From the NCBI RefSeq assembly GCF_963921235.1, contig NC_086097.1, forward strand, positions 65,288,001 to 65,352,000: a stretch of 64,000 nucleotides of DNA, given 5' to 3'. The position numbers were made by a program, and so were the translations under genes. Below are positions 9,822 to 23,200 of this stretch, piece by piece. Under the pieces are notes generated by a model, which was not told where the DNA came from, made no database searches, and saw nothing but the letters and a program-made list of their open reading frames with translations. This DNA is from Mobula hypostoma (lineage: Eukaryota). How positions within the stretch are numbered: position 1 is the stretch's first letter; every line of letters begins with the position of its first letter.

Positions 9822-12751
9822 GGGAAGAGTACCTCTCTGGGAAGAGTAGAGGAGGAGTGGCATGCTTCATGGTCAGGAATACTTGCTGCAACCCCCAGAA
9901 TGTGCGTGCCCTCAAATCCTTTTGTTCCCCAGACCTGGAAAACCTGGTGCCGCTGTGCAGACCCGACTGGCTGCCTAGGGATTTCACGGCTGTTATCATC
10001 ACAGTGGTGTACATTCCGCAGCAGGCTGATACTGAGCTGGCTCTCAAGGAACTATATGAGACCATCAACATTCTGGATACTGAACACCCAGAAGCTGCCC
10101 TCATTGTTGCCGGTGACTGTAATTGAGCACTGCTAATATAAGTCTCTCCAAAGTTTTGTCAGTACATCCAGGTGAGCACTCGTGGAGATAAGATACTTGA
10201 TCACGGTTACACTCCCTTCTGCAATGCTTACAAAGCTCTCCTTCACCCAGCTTTTGGAAAATCAGGTCACTCTTCGATCCTGTTTTTGTCGACGTACAGG
10301 CAGAAGCTGAAACAAGAGGCGGCCATAGTTAAAACCATCCACTGTTAGTCTGACCAATTGGCCTCCATGCTGCAGGACTGCTTCGATGATGTCGATTGGA
10401 ATGTCTTCTATGATGAGAAATTCTCCGAGTTCACAGATGGAGTTGTGTACTTCATCCAGAAGTTGCTCGACGATGTTGTCCCCCAGAAGTCAGTCAGGGT
10501 CTTCCTGAACCAGAAACCCTGGATCAATAGTTCCGTGCGAGTAGCATTTACCACGCGACATACAGCTTACATTGTCGGCGATCAGCCAGAGTTCAAGAAA
10601 AAGGCTATAATCTGTGCAAAGCTATCAAGGCTGCAGAACAACAATACAGGGACAAGATTGAGTCAAGGTTCACAACAAATAGCACACATAACTTGTGGCG
10701 AGGGTTGCATACCATCACAGATTTCAAAGCCAAACGTAGTGGTGCCACCAACATCGTGGCCTCTCTCCCAGATGAGCTCAATCACTTTTACGCTCGGTTC
10801 AATGTCACTAACTTTGAGCCTCCAAGGAAAGCCACCACTACAACCTGCAACCTGGTCTGAGGCTGAGGTACACAAATGTTTCCAATAAGTGGACAGTCAC
10901 AAGGCTGCAGGACCGTACAGCATCCCAGGGAAAGTACTCAGGATGCGTGCTGCACAACTAGAAGGTGTATTTACAGATACGTTTAATCTCTCCCTCTCCC
11001 AGTGTATGAAGGGTGATTGATAAGTTCATGGCCTAAGGTAGAAGGAGTCAATTTTAGAACACCTAGCACATTTATTTTTTAACATAGTCCCCTCCTACAT
11101 TTACACACTTAGTCCAGCGGTCGTGGACCTCCAGAAAGTGTCCACAGCATGGGTAATTGATAAATTAGTGGCCTAAGGTAGAAGGAGATGGGTTATACAG
11201 CTCTTGTTACGTGCACATGTAGTTCAACTCCGAGTGATTATGCAGAAAGTTTGAAGTTAACAACTCATCCCCTTAAACCTTAAGCCACAAACTTATCAAT
11301 CACCACTGATGAGTTATTAACCTCAAACTTTCTGCATAACCACTCAAAGAGTTGAACTGCATGTGCACGTAACAATGGCTGTATAACTCATCTCCTTCTA
11401 CCTTAGGCCACGAACTTATCAATCACCCCTCATAGAGTGCCCTCCTGCTTCAAATTATCTACCATTGTCCCTGCACTTGAACGACTGGCATCCTATCACA
11501 CTCACCTCAATAATAAGCAAGTGCTTTGAAATGCTGGTCAAGGATTACATCGGCAGCATGCTACCACCCAAACTGGACCCCCTACAATTCGCCTACCGAC
11601 ACAACTGATAAACAGATGACAGAATAGCCACTGCTCTACATACTGTCCTTACACATTTGGAGAAGAAGGATGCTTCTGTGAGAATGCTGTTTTTAGACTA
11701 CAGTTGAAGATTCAACACCATAATTCCATCCAGGCTCGAAAGGAAGCTCAGAGACCTCGGGCTTGACGCTGCCTTGTGCAGCAGGATCCTGGACTTCCTG
11801 TCAGATCACCAGCAGGTTGTAAGAGTGAGCTCCCTCAACTCCAACCCTCTGACTCTCAATACAGGAGCCCCTCAGGGCTGCGTACTGAGTCTCCTACTTT
11901 ACTCCCTGTATACCCATGACTGTATCGCCACCCATAGCTCCAATCTGCTAATTAAATTTGCCAACGACACTACATTGATTGGCCTCATCACAAACAATAA
12001 CGAGCTAGCCTACAGGGAAGAAGACATCTCTATGACACAGTGGCGTCAAGAAAACAACCTCTCCCTCAATGTCACAAAAACAAAGGAGCTGGTTGTGGAT
12101 TACAGGAGGAATGGAGACGGGCTAACTCCTATTGACATCAATGGATCTGGGGTTGAGAGGGTAAACAGCTTCAAGTTCCTCAGCATCCACATTACCAAGG
12201 ACCTCATGTGATCCGTACACACGAACTGTCAGACAATTGAGGAAGTTTAGTATGGGCCCCCAAATCCTAAGAACTTTTTACAGGGGCACAATTGAGAGCA
12301 TCCTAACTGGCTGCATCACTCCCTGGTATGGGAACTGTGCCTCCCTTAATCGCAGGACTCTGCAGAAAGTGGTGCGGACAGCCCAGCACATCTGTAGTTG
12401 TGAACTTCCCATGATTCAGGACATTTATAAAGACAGATGTCTATGTGAGAAAAGGCCCTGAAGGATCATTGGGAACCCAAGTCACCCCAACCACAACCTA
12501 TTCCAGCTGCTACCATCTAGGAAATGGTACCGCAGCATAAAAGCCAGGACCAACAGGCTCTGGGACAGCTTTTTCCACCAGGCCATCAGATGGATTAACT
12601 CACACTGATTTGAGTGTATTTCTATGTTTCATTGACTGTTCTATTTATTATAAACTACTATGATTTCACATTGCACACTTAGATGGAGACATAACAGAAA
12701 GATTTGTACTTCTCATGTATGTGAAGGATGTAAGAAATAAAGTCAATTCAA
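9822..12751 (+). mobile_element. Rex1/Babar LINE, 5'-truncated (partial APE plus RT, decayed), inserted in the hAT transposase
   Basis: VVYIPQQA...LIVAGDCN; GAPQGCVLS...KFANDTT; short TSD TTCACA (9816-9821, 12752-12757). Removing it restores transposase DKMNILNVKLQGEN. Confidence 0.92.
11007..11432. mobile_element. Mariner-type MITE with internal TIR copies
   Basis: TA TSD (11005-6, 11433-4); ~40-bp TIR TGA(A/G)GGGTGATTGATAAGTTC(A/G)TGGCCTAAGGTAGAAGGAG. Confidence 0.93.
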
Positions 12752-13720
12752 TTCACATTTAGAATGTTCATTTTGTCATACAGATCAGCTAGGTATCTCC
12801 ACAAAGTTCAGTCTTGTTTCCCAAGTTCTTGTCCACTTTGATCAAAAATTCAACCGCAGTCTCAAAAAGATCAAAGGAATTTTTAAGCAGCAGCCTTTTG
12901 ACAGCCAGTGCACTTCAGTGTGAAGAAGCAAGTGTTCAAACTCTTCATTGTTATCTTGGTATAACTGGCAAAATATTCTGCTATTTAATGGATGAGCTTT
13001 AATTTTGTTGGTGACAGATATTACAAATCATGCTTGAAAAAAGTCACTGGCTAAGGTTTTTGGCTGCAAGGTGTTGATGATGAATTGCAAAATGGATTGC
13101 AAACAGACTTGGAATTTCTTTTTTCATAAATGCCATTAAACCAGCATGGTGACCTGTCATATATGAGGCTCCATCTGTTGTACAAGAAATCATGTTCCTA
13201 ATCAGAATACTTTATCCTAGATATACATTTTGAGCTCATTGTAGATTGATTCTCTATTGATAATTTGTTTTTAACTTTCTACAAAACAGAATCTCTTCAT
13301 AAACTTTTCCATTTTTGATAAACTGCACTTATGCCATTAGCAATGCCTCATTGTCTTACACAGTTGACTCATCCGGTTGTATCACAAATTCTGTTTTTTG
13401 TAGCTCTGTGCACAGTTGATACTCAATGTTCTTACTCATTTCATCAATATGACAAACTACAGAGCTACACTTAGAGGAATTGATTTTAAAATGCTGGCAC
13501 CCATTTTGAGAACAGTGGTGAGCAATTCTGATACAACAGGCATTAATAATATTTTACCAAATGTATGAGATTTTCCACATTTTGCTATCATTTTGGAAAT
13601 GTTACAAGAAGCAAAGAGACCACCATTAAGGTTATTTTTAGCTTCTCTGGCAAATGACTTGAGTATGCAACGCTTTTTGAATGCTTCTTTCATCTTCTGG
13701 AACTGAGTAATACCATAAGT

Positions 13721-14158
13721 CCGGAATCTTTCAGAGGGTAGGCCTCAAAATCCCCGGCCTTGCCTGCTTTTGGCGACCGAGAAGGAGGTCGAATCGTTCG
13801 GACAGAGATGGCGCTCAGTACTCGCTGTCGGAGAGCTGATCAGAGCTGGAAGTTTTCGGATGACTCAGAGTCGGATTGTGGTCGGCGTGGCAGGGAGAGT
13901 GTTTCTTCCTTCTCCCGTCTGCGTGAGATGTGGGACATTTGAGAAACTTTGAACTTTACTGTGCTCACGGACTTCTTCATCAAGTTATGGTATTGTTACA
14001 CTGTTTGTAACTATATGTTATAATTATGTGGTTTTGTCAGTTTTTTCAGTCTTGGTTTGTCCTGTGTTTTGTGCTATCACACCGGAGGAAATAATGTATC
14101 ATTTCTTAATGCATGCATTACTAAATGACTATAAAAGAGGACTACGTGTCTTCATAAT
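13721..14158 (+). mobile_element. Non-coding non-autonomous retroelement (SINE-like), 5'-truncated
   Basis: TSD CATAAGT (13714-13720, 14159-14165); homologous to 49610-50218; short-repeat tail. Confidence 0.8.
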
Positions 14159-16608
14159 CATAAGTAGACTTTCCAGGGTGTCCTTCATGGAAATGTTCCT
14201 GCAATCCTGATGGTTTCATGGCTTCATTAGACAGTGCAGTATTACAAATAAGACCCATGGGGTGGCACTGATCTGATGGGAAAAGAATAAAACTGTATTG
14301 CAGGTATGTAACATTTTATATATGCACTTTCTGTAGTTCCTGTTTCTTAGCAGAATTAGAATCCAAGATTTCGCAATCTTCAGACTCAAAGAGATTGCGC
14401 CATAACTATTTATCCATCATTAACGGGACTAAATTAAAATAAAAAATTAACGCAAACTAGGAACGCCAATCAGATGTTGATAACAGCAGTGAGTTGACAC
14501 AGTTGGTCAGATCTCATGTCTCATGTTAGGATGCCGCTTACTGCCCCCCCCCCAACAAGAATTTTGAACACCCTCTGATGACTTCTATTTCCCCTAACGC
14601 TCCCTTAGGACATGTAACTGCCCCATTGGGAATCACTGCACTATTGTTTTAAGTTTTTTTTACCTTTTTTTAAAACATGCAAACAAATCTTCTTAGAAAA
14701 ATAGTTAAGTATTGAATAATAGGTTTCAGTTTTAGAGTGCGGAGCTGAAAATAGGTGGTTTTCATATGGACAAGAGCTACGTGAATCGACTCAGAACTAA
14801 GGCACTCAATATGTATGAAGGCAAATACACTATTCTAGCTCGTCATGGTAAATGCTATAAAGCTGCCAGTTTTCACTGCTGTGTGCCAGATGTTAATGCA
14901 CATATAGATGTTATATGCAGACAGATGATGTAAATATTACATACAGTTCTCAAAGTGAAAGAAGCATGTATCACTAACAGCCTGGAGAAAGCCCACAGTT
15001 TTGTCAGAACATACTCTGGCAAGATAGGTCTACATTTAAGAGCAACTGGAGGTGGCACAATAGTGGAGGTTTTTTAAAGGGAAACACCCTCCAAAAACAC
15101 TGTGGTCTTCTTAGTAACAACATAAAAGACTTCTTAATGCTGTTTTATCAATCATTCCCTGTACCAAAAAAGCAAAAACTGATATTTCTGCTCAAAAACC
15201 TGTTGATGCAGATCCAAGGAAATCCCTATCTCTGTATTGCAGAGCAGCTCCCTATTGCCAATACTTAGCTACATTAAATCCCAGCATTACAGCATCATAA
15301 AAGTGAATTGAAGAGCATGACAATTATCAGAGACAGAGGAGTCATGAGGATCTATTGTTAAAGCACAAGCAAGGTTTCAAGATTCAAGTTTATTTATCAC
15401 ATGTACATGGTAAGAGTTATGCAGTTTAACAGCAGCAATCTATTAGACTCTCAAAAAAAGGGATATATTAGAAGCAGTTATGGATAAAGAATTAAAAAAT
15501 ATTTTAATCAAGTATTTTCATCCATTGTGTTCTTCTCGTATATTTACCTCGTGATCTTGAAACTGAACTCTGACAAAACCTGAGGTATACAAGATGTACC
15601 ATGTGTCTTTTAATTTTTCAGTCTTCCTCAGCAAAAAAAATGGTAAGATTGACCGTAAATGATTTAGATAATCACACTGCTCCAAGCAATTGTCACAACA
15701 GCCCACCTTTCCTGCCTCCTTATTCATTGGAGGAGGAATATGTAGCAGTTACAAAGGTATTAAATTTTTAAAACAGAAAGTGTAAAATTGTTTTGGAGTA
15801 CATTACTGTTTAAGAATATGCAAAGTGAATAACTATTTGGTTATTTGGTGAAATCCATTTCTAAAAGATTAGGTCAACCTGACCAGGTCTGTTGATCTAC
15901 AGATCCGAAACATTCATACTTAAGTTGGCTGAAAAAGTTTGTTCCTCCCAAATGATAGGATTCCTTGAGATGTCAAAGGCTTCATAATGTGATGCCATAC
16001 TCACAAGAACAAACTCCTTGAGAGCTTTGACAGCTCACCTGTTAAAGGTATATTTTTAGTTTTTAAATCTCCAGTAGAGCAATTAAAATATATAGAATAG
16101 ATGTAAATAAAAATTTAAAAATAATTCAAATTATAAACCCATTTCAACAGACAAATGAAGAGAAATAGTAAAATAAGATGCAAAGCATTTACCTTTCCCC
16201 AGGTGATCAGCAACCATATTCAAATCAATGGGGGGTCACTTTTCTCACGCTAGTCCTCCCTGGTGCAAAGCTTAGCTCTGAGATGTATGCACACCAGACC
16301 CTCTATTCACAAAGCTTAAATGCTGGGAATTCCAGTAGGTTCATGCTTTGTCATTGTTCCATGAAGTTACAGATTCATTGAAAGAATTTCACCATTAAAT
16401 CTTGTACTTCCATGCCCAAATATTGAACTTTCCAGTACTACATGGGAAATGACAGTAACCACAGAAGTACCAGCAATTATTAATTAGAAGCTCCAGGACA
16501 TCATTTTTAAATCTTAATCGACCATTAAGAGTCATATGGGAGATAAGTTCATTTAATTTCCACATGGGCCAAATTGAACCGAGACACTAACATTAACTAA
16601 ACAACATT

Positions 16609-17445
16609 CAGAATCAAAATCAGGTTTATTATCATCAGGACGTGATGTGAAATTTGTTAACTTAGCAGCAGCAGTTCAATGCAATACATAATATAAGAGA
16701 GAGAGAAAAAAAAAATAAATAAAATAAAAATAATAAACAAGTAAATCAATTACAGTATACATATATTGAATAGATTTTATAAAAAGCATGCAAAAAACAG
16801 AAATACTGTATATTAAAAAAAGTGAGGTAGTGTCCAAGGATTCAATGCCCATTTAGGAATCCAATGGCAGGGGGGAAGAAGCTGTTCCTGAATCACTGAG
16901 TGTGTGCTTTCAGGCTTCTGTACTTCCTACCTAATGGTAACAGTGAGAAAAGGGCATGCCCTAGGTGCTGGAAGTCCTTAATAATGGATGCTGCCTTTCT
17001 GAGGCACCGCTCCCTGAAGATGTCCTGGGTACTTTGTAGGCTGGTACCCAAGATGGAGCCGACTAAATTTACAACCTTCTGCAGCTTCTTTTGATCCTGT
17101 GCAGTAACCACATCTCTCCCCGGCCCCCGCCACTCCCCCGCCGCCCCCGCCATACCAGACAGTGATGCAGCCTGTCAGAATGCTCTCCACGGTACAACTA
17201 TAGAAGCTTTTGAGTGTATTTGTTGACATGCCAAATCTCTTCAAACTCCTAATGAGGTATAGCCGCTGTCTTGCCTTCTTTATAACTACATCGTTATGTT
17301 GGGACCAGGTTAGATCCTCAGAGATCTTGACACCCAGGAATTTGAAACTGCTGATTCTCTCCACTTCTTCTCCCTTCGTCTTACCCTTCCTGAAGTCCAC
17401 AATCAGCTCTTTCATCTTACTGACATTGAGTGAGTGCCAGGTTGC
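16609..17445 (-). mobile_element. Rex1/Babar LINE 3' fragment
   Basis: LNVSKMKELIVDFRK...FKFLGVKISEDLTW...KKARQRLYLIRSL; HLGHALFSLLPLGRKYRSLK. Confidence 0.88.
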
Positions 17446-17555
17446 TTTTAGAGCAATGACCCCCCCCCCACTTAGTACTATGTATTTGATCTGTTGTCTG
17501 CGTCTGCACTGTTGTCTACAATACATATGTGCATTGTTCTCTCTCTCACTGCAAT
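17446..17555 (+). mobile_element. Partial extra copy of the neighbouring Gypsy LTR
   Basis: TTTTAGAGCAATGACCCCCC..CACTTAGTACTATGTAT...CTCTCACTGCAAT matches ~17849-17956. Confidence 0.85.
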
Positions 17556-17827
17556 TAAGGCTTGTAAGAAATCACCATGCAAAAGTGAGATAGGATAAAT
17601 TTCCACATAATTATACTACTTCTTAACTAGAATCTGCTTTGTAGTGATTGGTTATTAGTGATGATTGGAGTAAACACATGTTAAAAACAAGCCTGTAGGA
17701 TGAGTATAATCATTCAAGGGGTATGGTCAGATTCCTTCTTTGTAACAATGCACAGCTTATGTACAGTAGGATAGAAATAATTCTAATTACTGGTGAAAGA
17801 TATTTTCACTAAAAGCTTAGAGGTAGA

Positions 17828-20014
17828 TGTAATGTATGGATCTATTTCTTTTAGAGCAATGACCCCCCACCACTTAGTACTATGTATCTGACCTGTTGTC
17901 TGCGCATGCACTATTGTCTACGCATGTACATTGTTCTCTCAATCTCTCACTGCAATGTGAATACATCAGTTAAAGCCATCTCCCATGTGCATGCTTTCAT
18001 TTAATTGACATGCGGCTGTGTACTGACACAATAAATTGGTGATGAGTACAAACCTGAATGTCAGAAAATATCACAATCTGCACCAGCGGTTACAGGACAA
18101 GACAGCAAGAGTTAAACAGCACCAAAAAGCCAAAGAACACAAAATAGCGCCAGAAAGCCAAAGAACATAAAACTAAGCAAATGCATAAAATTACCAAATG
18201 TAAAAGAGAATCAGACAACATAGAGTCTGACAATGATGAGCTGTCATGTCTAGAACTGCATAGTATAACTGAAGCAGATCACAAAATCATCTGGATCACA
18301 ATAGATTTGTCTGGTGTAAAACTAAAAATGGAGTTGGATACAGGGTCAGCTTTGTCCATAATTCCAGAGACTGACGGCAACAGACTATTTTCTAAGATCC
18401 CATTAGAGAAGACCTCAGCGAAGCTGAAGACTTACACAAGGTAAACAAGTATCTCCCAAAGGCAAACTGAAAGTAAGTAGGAGGCCAAACACAACAGTTA
18501 GAACTTTATGTATTGAAAAGTGGAGGGGCAGCACTTTTCAGATGTGAATGGTTGAGAAACATCCAACTAAACTGGCACTCAATCAAAGTGTGACATCAAC
18601 AGGCAATGGCAGCTCAAATGATAGCACTATCAGAGACTGGCACAGCTGCTTAATGCTAATGAAAAGGCATTTGAGAAGCAAATAAATAAATAGATTGAAG
18701 ATTTGGCCAAAAGTTGTTCGGATGTCAAAAGATTCAAAATGCACCCCCAGGGGCACCATTACACCCATGGGACTGACCACCGTCAACATCGAAAAGAGTA
18801 CACATTAACTTTGTTGGGCCATTCATGGACTCCATGTTTCTGATTGCTGTGGATGCTCATTTGAAGTGGCCGGAGGTTACACCAATGAGGTCAACCACAT
18901 CAGAAAAGACCATCTGCACTCTGAGGACTATCCTCACCAGAAACAGTTTACCAGTAAAAATTGTGAGTGACAACAGACTACCATACACAGCAGGAAAATT
19001 CTGACTGTTCATGAAGAAAAATGGCCATCAGACATTTCAAATCAGCTCCTTCCATTCAACAGCGAATGGGTTACCTGAAGTCCATTAAAGTGCTGGAGAA
19101 GGAGGACATTTCTCTACAGCACAAGGTGGACAACTTCCTTATTGTGTCGGAACTCTGTTCATGCAATGAAAAATCAAACACCTGTAATGCTGTTCATGAA
19201 CAGGAATCTGAGATCTTGCATAGACCTCCTAAAACCAGACCTCTGGAGGGAAGCACAGAATAAACCGATCAGCCAGTTGCTAAGTGAAGCAACAAGGAGC
19301 TTCGAGATTGGACAGCAAGTTCTTGTGCACGATTACCGAGAAGACAAGTGGACAACCGGTAGGATAACTACAAGAACTAGATGACTGATGTATAGAGTGG
19401 ATGTTGGATATCAGACATGGAGACATCATGTGGACTGGATACTGGATGTTCAACAGAAGAACACACTTGAGTCGACTGCATCCAACAAGATGGACACATT
19501 ACAATCACCAGACTTACTTCTCAGTGATGATATCACTGACAGCAATGCTATACCACAATCAAGAACATTGCCTTAGACAAGACACCTGCCAAACCTGATA
19601 CCACTCCACAGGTCCAAAGGTGCTATCTTGAAAGAAACAGAGTGCCACCCAAAAGACAGAATCTTTAGAGCTGTGAAGTTAGCTATGTACTGTTATTGTG
19701 AAAGCATGTTTATGTTTATGGGAATATGTGTTTATGAAAGGGAAATTGAATGTTTTTTTTACATATACAGTTTTGTGCTTATCAAGCTAAAGGGGGAGGA
19801 AGTGTAATGTATGGATCTATTTCTATTAGAACCATGACACCTCCTCCCACTTCGCACTATGTATCAATCTGTGGTTTGCGCATGCGCTGTGTCTATGCAT
19901 GTGCATTGTTCTCTTTCTCTCTCTCTCTTACTGCAATGTGAATACATTAGTTAAAACCATCTCCCGCATGTGTGCTTTTATTTAATTGACATGTAGTTGT
20001 GCACAGACACAACA
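17828..20014 (+). mobile_element. Ty3/Gypsy LTR retrotransposon, internally deleted
   Basis: LTRs 17828-18033 and 19803-20014 (TG...CA); 5-bp TSD GTAGA; PBS-like TGGTGATGAG; PPT AAAGGGGGAGGAAG; protease MELDTGSALSII; integrase HINFVGPFMDSMFLIAVDAHLKWPEV; no RT/RNaseH. Confidence 0.95.
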
Positions 20015-20110
20015 GTAGATACATTTTAACAGTAATGTAAATTTCTCACTCACACCTGCATTTCCTGCAACAAAAGTTTTTTTTGGATTCATTTATTCAT
20101 TTTTCATGTA

Positions 20111-20251
20111 CTGGACATTACTAGCAAGGGCAATATTTATTGCCACCCCTAATTTCCCCACAGAGGGGTGATGGTGAGCTGCCTTCTTGAATTGCTGCAT
20201 CCTTCTTATGCAGGTGCTCCCACATTATTGGGTGTGGAGTTCCAGTACTGA
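20111..20251 (-). mobile_element. CR1/L2-group LINE 3' end fragment
   Basis: Homologous to 5947-6075. Confidence 0.55.
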
Positions 20252-20934
20252 GATATATGCATTTTTTAAAATCTTTGGCTACAATGACTGATTTGTTTTC
20301 TCATTCATGTAACAAAATATATACAAAGGTTGAAGAAACGTTTATAAACTAATGTTGATTTATCTTCCCTGGTGTAATTTCCTATTTTTATATGCAAATA
20401 ATTTAAACAGAATGGAAACCAATCTCAACAGGATGCTGTTCAGCACCTGTAAAGGAAGTTATGAAAATTAAGCAAGTCCTTAATGTAATGATAGAGGTGA
20501 CTGTATTGGCAACAAATTGAATGCACAGCTATACATTTGCAACAGCAAAAGAAAAGCAGCCACCTGGTTAATCAAAATTACATGCGCTATCCTCATTTAA
20601 TAACTAGTACACTCACATTTCAGCAAGGTTAAATACCTCTACCAGGAGATAAAACCGTATGGGTTTGCAATTTAGACTGAATTGAAACAATTCAATTGCC
20701 AGGTTATAAAACCAAGATATTTTACTATAATATTGTACTTCATTCAACAACTTCATCAAAACAATCCACATTTCAACAACTTAACACTCTCCTCTTCTAA
20801 ATGTTAAGCTACCAGAAATCTATTTGGGATTAACTTTTTTTCCCACATGGGTTCCTTTCAATTTATAAAAAAAGTTCTTCATATCAGGTTAGAAATGCAT
20901 TTACATCATCATTTTTTGTCGGCGTATTTTTGTC

Positions 20935-21300
20935 ACTTGCCTGTCACCTCCCTTTGGTGCCCCTCCTTCTTCTCTTTCTCCTATGGTCCACTCTCCTCTC
21001 AGATTCCTTCTTTTTCAGCCCTTTACACTTTCCACCCATCAACTCTTGGCTTCTCATTTTGTCCCTCCTTCCCCACCCACCGACTTTCCCAATTACCTGG
21101 TTTCACTCCTTATCTTCTAGCTTGTACTCCTTCCTCTTCTCCTGACCTTCTTATTTTGCTTCCCCCCCCCTTCCTTTCCAGTCCTGATGAAGAGTCTCAG
21201 ACCAAAACCTTTGCTCTTTATTCCTCTCCATAGATGCTGCCTGACCTGCTGAGCTCCTCCAGCATTTTGTGTGTTACTCTGGATTTCTAGCAAATACAGT
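20935..21300 (+). mobile_element. Penelope-derived 3'UTR fragment with decayed hammerhead
   Basis: CCAGTCCTGATGAAGAGTCTCAGACCAAAACC...GATGCTGCCTGACCTGCTGAGCTCCTCCAGC matches the reverse complement of 2700-2830. Confidence 0.82.
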
Positions 21301-22969
21301 ATCTCGTGTATAGTTTTTTGTCATATTGCATGGACCAGTTATTCACAGATCTACTCACAAAAACAGTACAAATGCCCTTCCATTTTAAGCATCAAACACA
21401 GAAGTTCCTTTTGTATTTCCTGGTGTGTTACAGCACACTCAGGAGCATTGTACTGCTGAAGTACAGTGAATATCCAAAAATCAGGCTGACTGAAATGTAC
21501 CCATGAAACTGCCTGCCAGATTTCCCAATAGAGCTGCTGGGCATGGACTCAGGAAAAGATGATCTAAAGAGCGCATTCAGCAATAATCAACTCAGTTTGA
21601 AGGAAGAAACACAAAGAATAGGAAGATGGTAAAGATGGTCTTGTTGAGGGTGATTCCAGCTGTGTCCCCATATCAATTATCACAGACTCTTCCAAACTAT
21701 GGGCATACTGTGGCATGCTGATCCTAGCATTAGGATATGGTTAAATGGTGTTACAGTTTTCTTAGTTTATGCCAAAAGTAAACAGTTAAAATTATTAATT
21801 TCAGTGAATACACTGCTTAGAGTGCATATTACTTTTGTTGTTACCTCAACTGAAGCAAGGACTGTGCCAAAACTCAATTCCTCATGTTATATTTCCACAA
21901 AGACTAGAAATGCTGTATTTCCCATCCTTATGTTCATCACTGCATTAATATTCAAATGTACATCATCTACTCTTATCCAAATTAGTGCATGTTGTTCCAT
22001 TTAAAGATTGCCATAGCAAAATTATTTATCTAACAAATCTATAAATAAAATTCAAATTGTTGGTTTACAGATAAAAACTGTGTTGGCATATCAAACTAAT
22101 GGTGCCAGTCAATCTTTCTGTTCAGTATCTTTTCCTCCAAAATTAATTGTTTCTTTGTTTGCTTGTGTTTTTACTTGCTGGCATGTTGCCTTCTTTTGTT
22201 GTCACTCCATAAATCTTCTTTTGGAATAGATTTGTATGTGTAGCTTTCAGTACTCAATCACAGGCAACTCATATTGTTAAAAGGCTGCAATTGATCATCT
22301 AAAGTCCTATAAAGAGATCTGGACAGGTCACTCTTCCTGCTCATCAATCATTTATTAGTTGTCCATATATCAAATCTTCAATTAAGGGGACTTAAATAAT
22401 CATGGTAGACGTTTGTCCTATTTTTGTTAGAAGCAGTCAATATCTTGTTCCATGTTTCTCCTTTTTTATATAAAATTCTATTCCACAGTCATTGCTTTTC
22501 CAACAAAAATGAAATCTTCAGCAACAGATACAGTCTAGGAACCCCTTTCCAAACTTGCATCCCTGTATCTCTGTCTTCCTATTATGTGTACTTAATTTGC
22601 ACATTTTGTGGGATTGGTAAGCATAAAAGTAAGTTACTTCCACCCTGTCCATATTGCTCAATTTCTATAGCCCCCATAGAAAAAGAATTTCAGGGTCATT
22701 TTCTTTATCATCGGGAAGATGAAAACATTTGGTAGTGGGTGTGTGGGTGTGAAAGGTTGGGGAGGTAGTAGGGGTGCTTTACTCCCTCAATTGTTCCCTA
22801 AATAATAAGTACAAACTGTTTAAAACAAAAGTAAACCAAATCATACCATAAAGTTTGGACTGGCATTACATCTCATTCAACATCTACTTGGAGCAGAAGT
22901 ACATCTTTGAGAAATAATTCACTTACATAGATGCTTTCTGGAAAGATTAAGCATGTGAAACAAGACAAA

Positions 22970-23200
22970 TGGAGAGAGGGAGGGCAAATAGAAAGAGGGT
23001 AAGACGGTGAGGGTGGAGGGGGAGGGGAGAGGGAGGGGGTGAGAGTGAGAGGGGAGGGGAAGGGGAGGGGGAGAGGGAGGGGGTGAGAGTGAGAGGGGGA
23101 GAGAGAGGGAGAGCGGGAGAGAGAGAGAAAATAAGGAAAAGAGATAAAGAAAGAAAATGTGAAAAGGAAGAGAATAAGTAAGAAAGAAGGAAAGATGTAA
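22970..23200. repeat. Purine-rich (GA/GGGA) low-complexity tract
   Basis: Repeated GAGGGAGGGGGTGAGAGTGAGAGGGG blocks; explains the Pro/Ser/Leu-rich ORFs here. Confidence 0.9.

Larger units (their letters stand above)
8964..14638 (-). mobile_element. hAT Charlie/Buster-type DNA transposon with decayed transposase (about 2.3 kb once insertions are removed)
   Basis: TIRs CAGTATTTCCCAAT / CAGTGATTCCCAAT; 8-bp TSD TACTATTG / CACTATTG with central TA; BED-finger CLICNTALSNEAMKPS, DES and TDGA motifs, and C-terminal FPSSYLVERAF. Confidence 0.93.

Noticed and set aside
8958..9863. Domesticated ZBED5/SCAND3-like gene
   Set aside because: Frameshifts, stops, insertions and intact TIR/TSD show a dead transposon.
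15548..15579. 32-nt minus-strand micro-exon (CTCAG|...GAG|GTAAAT)
   Set aside because: Weak pyrimidine tract; such sites are expected by chance in 64 kb.
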